Below, piece by piece: positions 59,401 through 64,000 of a stretch of DNA of 64,000 nucleotides. This DNA comes from Epithemia pelagica (taxonomy: Eukaryota; Protista; Bacillariophyta), in assembly GCA_946965045.2 (NCBI GenBank), contig OX337236.1, positions 2,418,001 to 2,482,000 on the forward strand, in the 5' to 3' direction. Within the stretch, counting starts at the first letter, position 1; the number at the start of each line of letters is the position of its first letter. The notes under the pieces were generated by a model, which saw only the letters and a list, made by a program, of their open reading frames with translations, was not told the DNA's origin and did no database searches. The position numbers and the translations under genes were made by a program.

Positions 59401-59430
59401 AGTAACACAGAAGCGAAAAGGCAAGTCTGA
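56419..59430 (+). CDS. Intronless 1003-aa protein with two C-terminal RING-like zinc fingers and a possible degenerate Ulp1/C48-like region
   Basis: CSTC...CPHYHCPTC...CSICG and C3HC4 CAIC...CGHKFCRVC...CPLC. Central TTLVVVTT...VLILLQAHQREVLIFDPL resembles the Ulp1 strand pattern without a clear catalytic His (weak). Confidence 0.75.
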   Translation: MADSVEDSDRYFPDLICYEYTIEWYRSVYSNTDNWTDFSTTYGGETIFVSLLRCGSSIFSDIASHAAVCFPKILRLVETIEEQQEGNKSDGAGSFISPGIDLFEQTLYGDALRLWDKEFPSTTRSKSSASFTRSLKVFLGAHPMLADIVLNSYSMERRLNVVAAKILDYMTSDRSKFRKDRTIPVREMVWSVQHMAAVYRVLESDSYEMEGVDVEKALALTLPDCWFRPYFDIPRAAKYPANDYSNLAVLISYYQTMEREYATKTKEYQKGRHEQRSQDRKSRKRASDSKCDGATSSTNFTVSNNESKSPSQSLSATEEDRSSIFDTLALKKKPQKGKQATTKKSSSQSKVGLLESKSHVDHGSDKPKGIPKKPPPLKNKPGPSDDLASFTNDRLIHMANWSLKQSMSAINEAWDLCKESAVRRKGSIHEVVLRFVFTCACCTNKNGSLQHDNGKMDVLFVPHRQYRRNLLLRTNTQETTKFKGIPPLIFRSMLVLVVHKWHNKSVCFEQIDEDSLRMDTTTAMDLSSSSSDTTLVVVTTKYEAFDPVLILLQAHQREVLIFDPLLTRDIRSWRPTVIRCLRKLRLLDDEKKIQSFLSVDIKEELIGCDWRFIYKKYPNPVAPSACTLPQVSIICVIDEILSKASPNMSCDQMMGKWAQELPSCRRECHKACNHIVSTAINKAKRDSTLRVCFKDVNDDTRPRIKRSRRFIMEGKDRGEVMEDMLDSDDERFEDIKVIQEITEADKALERLHEYRRFLDLVRTLNDEDQKEALCSTCGTSLLKKDLDRSRTFSIVSWTRQETSNCPHYHCPTCTFIRNSVKNRFCSICGHSHAELIPHDLHETELIAKKDKTIVLDEYDEDSEQYCAICHGQRPNDCRIERCGHKFCRVCLGHVLTTEKQVPMGKQKSTPPEMNESCPLCNGDIASITYTNAHDGSVEEVGVSKEEHRGLYRPVPVFPETAWGRVPLETLRFMSKKQQKEKNRRDQTESSTVTTSNTEAKRQV

Positions 59431-59564
59431 TCTATATTATTAGTACTCTCGATCAAAAGAAGAGACATTCTAGTTTCAGGTATTTGGCATTTCTATCCGC
59501 GTACTAACTATGTCTTTGTACTACAAGAAGTTCGGAAACGACAAGCACACATCCTAGAGCGGAG

Positions 59565-61448
59565 GTGACATCCATAAAGAAGAAACATATTCGTCCCACT
59601 TTCGAAGATATGGCATCGGATCAGACGATTTCGAGACTCACATGTACACAGGAGACCTATGCCAAGTACGAAAAGAAGAAAACGCAACGTATAAGTGAAA
59701 CAGTGGTCGCCATGTTGCATCGCAACGAAAGTGCACACGAAAGAATGTGCTACTTTGTCTTGGACAAGGACATCGATCGAATAAGGATGCTATCGCATCT
59801 ACTGCAGCGTTGCTTTGGAAGTTACGACGATCAAGATTGTTTTGGTTTGTCGTTCGAAAAGGAGATGATACAACGGAAGGTCGATATGAAAGATATCCCG
59901 AGTGTCTTTGCACGTATCCCAGAAATATACAACAAGGCTATGGATGATGTTGTGGAGACAAGAGATGACGTTGTCAGTCATTCGAACATTATACCAGAAT
60001 GTTGTCCTATGATTGTTACTCAAATCCCGGTGTGTCTTGTAACTAAAACGATCCACAATGCATTCATATTGGAATGTACCTTGTCGAGGACAAGATATAG
60101 AGAAATCAGGAAAAAGACAACACATGTGTCGTCCTCTATATTCGAAGATCCTGTCATGATGATTCGGACTAACAAAAATTTATGTCTTGACGAAAATGAT
60201 CACCTCTTCAGAGATATCATTATCCTCTTCCCTTTGGCTGGGGTTTTTTATACATGTGTGCGTCAATTTCAAGAACTATCAAGGTCGTCCAACATCACAT
60301 CGTCATCAGTCCCACTACCGTTGTCTTGGTTACGTCTGCGACACAAAGATGGCCAACCTGCAAGTAATGCATTCTTGAAAAAGATTCATCGTTGTTGGAG
60401 TCTAGATTGGGGTGAACATCTTACTAATAATGACAAAACTGTGAAGGAATGTTACCAATGGTCCGATGTGGAGGATGGGAGCCCACTTTTACCTCCTGAC
60501 GTGTACCTCGATGACAAGGGAAAGATCGAAAAGTCAGGGAATAAACAGTCGATGACACATCACATGTCACGGGAACAATATCGAACAAGGCTGATTATAA
60601 ACAGGAATGACTCAGATAAGAAAGGGAGTCGGAGATATGTTAGTGGTGCTTTGCATCGAAACCTGTGGTTGCAAATGTCGTCCGGTACACACCCAAGGCC
60701 ACTGGTATACGACCATCGTATTCGGGGAAACATTACTTTCATTGTTCGGACACGCCGAAATGATGGGAGACCAGAGTCACTTAGTTACGTTCGAGTGACA
60801 TCCCTGTTACGGAAGGACCAGACGTTGTTGGACCTATTACACCACAGAGCAAGGGAATTTACACGTACTGGGTCTCTGAGAAAGGCGGCCAATGCCAGAT
60901 GTAATAAGGGAGACTTAGGATCTATGACTACTGTTGGTAATACTGCGGCAAGAGGAAACGGTTCTACTTTCGTTTCCGAGAAATTATTTACAAAGGACAA
61001 GACATTATCGATGATACTGCCGAAAATAAGTACAGCGGCAAAAAGGTTCTGTGAACGCGAATATCCTGGGGTGATTCCAACATTCCGGTATCTAGAAGAT
61101 TCAGCTGGCGAAGAAATGCCTAGTGAATTCGGAGGAAGAGTCGGAGGTATGACCTCAGCCATCACCCTGAGTTTGAACCTAATGAACACGACACACTATG
61201 ATGTTCACGATGGTTCTGTTTCATTCGCAATCTGGACAGAGACAATCCCAGGTGACTCCCAAAATTGGTTCTTTGTTTTGCCGAATATTCTTGTGGAGTA
61301 TGATGGTACTACATACCATGGTCTTTGTATACAACTATTTCATGGGGTTTCGGTTCTATGGGATGGACGTGTGATCCGGCATGGAACGTCAATACACACA
61401 CAAAGACAACATACAGATGGGAACATGAAGAACGACACTATTAGTTAG
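59565..61448 (+). CDS. Intronless 627-aa protein with C-terminal TET/JBP-like 2OG-Fe(II) dioxygenase domain
   Basis: GDLGSMTTVG (G-x-M-x3-G), THYDVHD (HxDxxD), WFFVLPN, LFHGVSVLWDG, IRHGTS (distal His). The stop may be slightly premature (TIS*FWAV). Confidence 0.68.
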   Translation: MTSIKKKHIRPTFEDMASDQTISRLTCTQETYAKYEKKKTQRISETVVAMLHRNESAHERMCYFVLDKDIDRIRMLSHLLQRCFGSYDDQDCFGLSFEKEMIQRKVDMKDIPSVFARIPEIYNKAMDDVVETRDDVVSHSNIIPECCPMIVTQIPVCLVTKTIHNAFILECTLSRTRYREIRKKTTHVSSSIFEDPVMMIRTNKNLCLDENDHLFRDIIILFPLAGVFYTCVRQFQELSRSSNITSSSVPLPLSWLRLRHKDGQPASNAFLKKIHRCWSLDWGEHLTNNDKTVKECYQWSDVEDGSPLLPPDVYLDDKGKIEKSGNKQSMTHHMSREQYRTRLIINRNDSDKKGSRRYVSGALHRNLWLQMSSGTHPRPLVYDHRIRGNITFIVRTRRNDGRPESLSYVRVTSLLRKDQTLLDLLHHRAREFTRTGSLRKAANARCNKGDLGSMTTVGNTAARGNGSTFVSEKLFTKDKTLSMILPKISTAAKRFCEREYPGVIPTFRYLEDSAGEEMPSEFGGRVGGMTSAITLSLNLMNTTHYDVHDGSVSFAIWTETIPGDSQNWFFVLPNILVEYDGTTYHGLCIQLFHGVSVLWDGRVIRHGTSIHTQRQHTDGNMKNDTIS

Positions 61449-61735
61449 TTTTGGGCAGTAAGTTCCAGGTCTATGAATGCAACTGTCAACGAAACAAGAG
61501 ATGACCATGGTATAACCAAAACGGTTCAAGGCATTCGTAGCGGAACATTATAAATTCTTTCTGGATGCATTCATCACCAAGGAAAAACAAATTCAAGGAG
61601 CATTCCACGTCTTTTGCTTCTTACGAGCACTCTGGTGTGGTACACCAGCAGCGTGTTTCTTTGGATTTTCTTGCGCTGTGTGATAACATGCAGTAAAAAT
61701 AGGCATATAGTTGCGAAAGGAGCAACCAGGTGATG

Positions 61736-63533
61736 ATGCCTATAATACCCCAAGTGTCTCTACCATTATTTGGAGCGATTCAAGTTATAGAAGGGTGTCT
61801 TTGCACCATGTCCATGGTAATTTGGTACAACGACAACGCCACACCGATATGGTCTACAACAAGACTTTTGGTCCGCGATAGACGAGTTCAGAGCCTATGA
61901 TATCCATACCTATGATACCCCAAGTGTCTCTACCAATATTTGGAGCGATTCAAGTTATAGAAGGGTGTCTTTGCTCCATGTCCATGGAAGTTTGGGACAT
62001 CGACAACGCCACACTGGTATGGTCTACAACAAGACTTTTGGTCTGCGATAGACGAGTTCAGAGCCTATGATATCCATTGCTATGATACACCAAGTGACTC
62101 TACCGAATTTTGGAGCGATTCAAGTTATAGAAGGGTGTCTTTGCTCCATGTCCATGGAAATTTGTTACAACGACAACGCCAGACCGGTATGGTCTACAAC
62201 AAGACTTTTGGTCCGCGTTACACGAGTTCAGAGCCTATGATATCCATGCCTATGATACCCCAAGTGACTCTACCAATATTTGGAGCGATTCAAGTTATAG
62301 AAGGGTGTCTTTGCTCCATGTCCATGGAAGTTTGGGACATCGACAACGCGACACCAGTATGGTTTACAACAAGACTTTTGGTCTGCAATAGACGAGTTCA
62401 GAGCCTATGATATCCATGCCTATGATACCCCAAGTGTCTCTACCATTATTTGGAGCGATTCAAGTTATAGAAGGGTGTCTTTGCACCATGTCGATGGTAA
62501 TTTGGTACAACGACAACGCCACACCGATATGGTCTACAACAAGACTTTTGGTCCGCGATAGACGAGTTCAGAGGCTATTATATCCATACCTATGATACCC
62601 CAAGTGTCTCTACCAATATTTGGAGCGATTCAAGTTATAGAAGGGTGTCTTTGCTCCATGTCCATGGAAGTTTGGGACATCGACAACGCCACACTGGTAT
62701 GGTCTACAACAAGACTTTTGGTCTGCGATACACGAGTTTAGAGCCTATGACGTCCATTGCTATGATACACCAAATGACTCTACCGAAAGTTGGAGCGATT
62801 CAAGTTATAGAAGGGTGTCTTTGCTCCATGTCCATTGAAGTTCGGTACAACGACAACGCCAGACTGGTATGGTCTACAACAAGACTTTTGGTCCGCGATA
62901 GACGAGTTCAGAGCCTATGACATCCATGCCTATGATATCCCAAGTGTCTCTATTGAAATTTGGAGCGATTCAAGTTATAGAAGGATGTCTTTGTTCCATG
63001 TCCATGAAAGTTTGGGACATCGACGACGCCAGACTGGTATGGCCTACAATAAGACTTTTGGTCCGCGATAGACGAGTTCAGAGCCTATGACATTCATGCC
63101 TATGATACTCCAAGTGACTCTACTGAAATTTGGAGCGATTCAAGATATAGAAGGGTGTCTTTGCTCCATGTCCATGGAAGTTTGGGACATTGACAACGCG
63201 ACATTGGTAAAGTCTATAACAAGACTTTTGGTCCATGTTAAACGAGTTCAGAGCATATGACGTCCATTCCTGTGATACCCCAAATGTCTCTACCAAAATT
63301 TGGAGTGATTCAAGTTATAGAAGGGTGTCTTTGCTCCATGTCCATGGAAGTTTGGGACATCGACAACACGACACCGGTATGGTCTACAACAAGACTTTTG
63401 GTCTGCGATACACGAGTAACGAGTCTATGACGTCCATTCCTACGATACCCCAAGTGACTCTACCGAAATTTAGAGCAATTCAAGTTATAGAAGGGTGTCT
63501 TTGCTCCATGTCCATGGAATTTTGGGTCATCGA
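61736..63533. repeat. Tandem array, 170-bp unit, about 11 copies
   Basis: CAAGTTATAGAAGGGTGTCT recurs at 61781, 61951, 62121 ... 63481 (exact 170-bp period); units contain the palindrome CCATG-TC-CATGG. Confidence 0.95.
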
Positions 63534-63545
63534 CGTCTGTTTAAT

Positions 63546-64000
63546 TTAAGTCGCGGTATTCTCTTTGAGGTTCATGATGGCTTGGAAACAGTATCGGAAT
63601 AACACCATGTAATTGAAAAAGGGACCGAAGCAGGTTGATACCAACCATTTTGTCCACTCGACCTCTGTTCCCATGTGTATGAAGGGGCTAGAGAATTGTG
63701 ATGATTCATTGGGGTACCGGAGGTCCTTGTACATCTGTTGAACTGCTTTGACTATGACTACCTGTGTGTATCGGGGTATCCCTCCTACCCCAGAAGTCAA
63801 GTCAGGCCTGTATTGATTCAAGAGTAAGGCTCTTTGAACGATCATACAGAAACGCCACATATGAAATATTTATTGTTGGACTTCCAACAGACCCGAATAC
63901 TGACACATTCTCCATTTGAATTGCATGGTCGGAGGCAACCCTTACATACGATTGGAATATAAGTACATGTGCGATCCACAAGTTTATCATGGAGTTTCCC
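63546..64000 (-). other. Possible 3' end of a Cys-rich gene running off the right edge
   Basis: An open frame from the window edge (...TCTYIPIVCKGCLRPCNSNGEC...FICG) overlaps ORF 63546..63860 in another frame; cannot be resolved here. Confidence 0.25.

Noticed and set aside
54298-63533. CRISPR array (regular repeats, plus a Cas4-like nuclease elsewhere in the window)
   Set aside because: Both arrays are head-to-tail tandem repeats with no unique spacers, there are no other cas genes, and the context is eukaryotic.
62135-63549. Repeated 60-104 aa ORFs in the 170-bp array
   Set aside because: 170 is not a multiple of 3, so each unit shifts frame; these are by-products of the repeat.
1-64000. 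tRNA, rRNA, snRNA genes or telomeric repeats
   Set aside because: None recognised by eye; tRNAscan-SE and Infernal would be needed to exclude small ncRNAs.

Overview
Eukaryotic DNA with short GT-AG introns, most consistent with a diatom-like stramenopile (inference from the transposon families present). Roughly half the window is mobile or repetitive DNA. Host genes: a partial C69 peptidase, a ubiquitin-like/RING gene split by a retrotransposon, an APH/MTR-kinase-like pseudogene, a 4-exon DEAH helicase, a RecB/Cas4-like PD-(D/E)XK nuclease, a CNNM/DUF21-CBS transporter and an 8-exon OSCA/TMEM63-like channel. Mobile elements: two full-length Ty1/copia elements with paired LTRs and 5-bp TSDs (one with a putative -1 gag-pol frameshift; the other carrying a nested 783-bp solo LTR), an 8.4-kb piggyBac-like element with CTAG rather than TTAA target duplication and cargo (a stand-alone transposase Cys-rich domain, a glycerol kinase fragment), and a 5'-truncated RT-RNase H LINE. 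Two observations stand out. (1) A four-member family of 70-97 aa microproteins, three of them hidden from the ORF track by an intron, sharing a near-invariant C-terminal motif ending GWGAWYLVP and, in three copies, a mitochondrial-presequence-like N-terminus. (2) An intronless two-gene cassette, a double-RING protein plus a TET/JBP-like 2OG-Fe(II) dioxygenase, bracketed by a 105-bp and a 170-bp tandem array. All calls come from reading the sequence by eye; no database searches were run.
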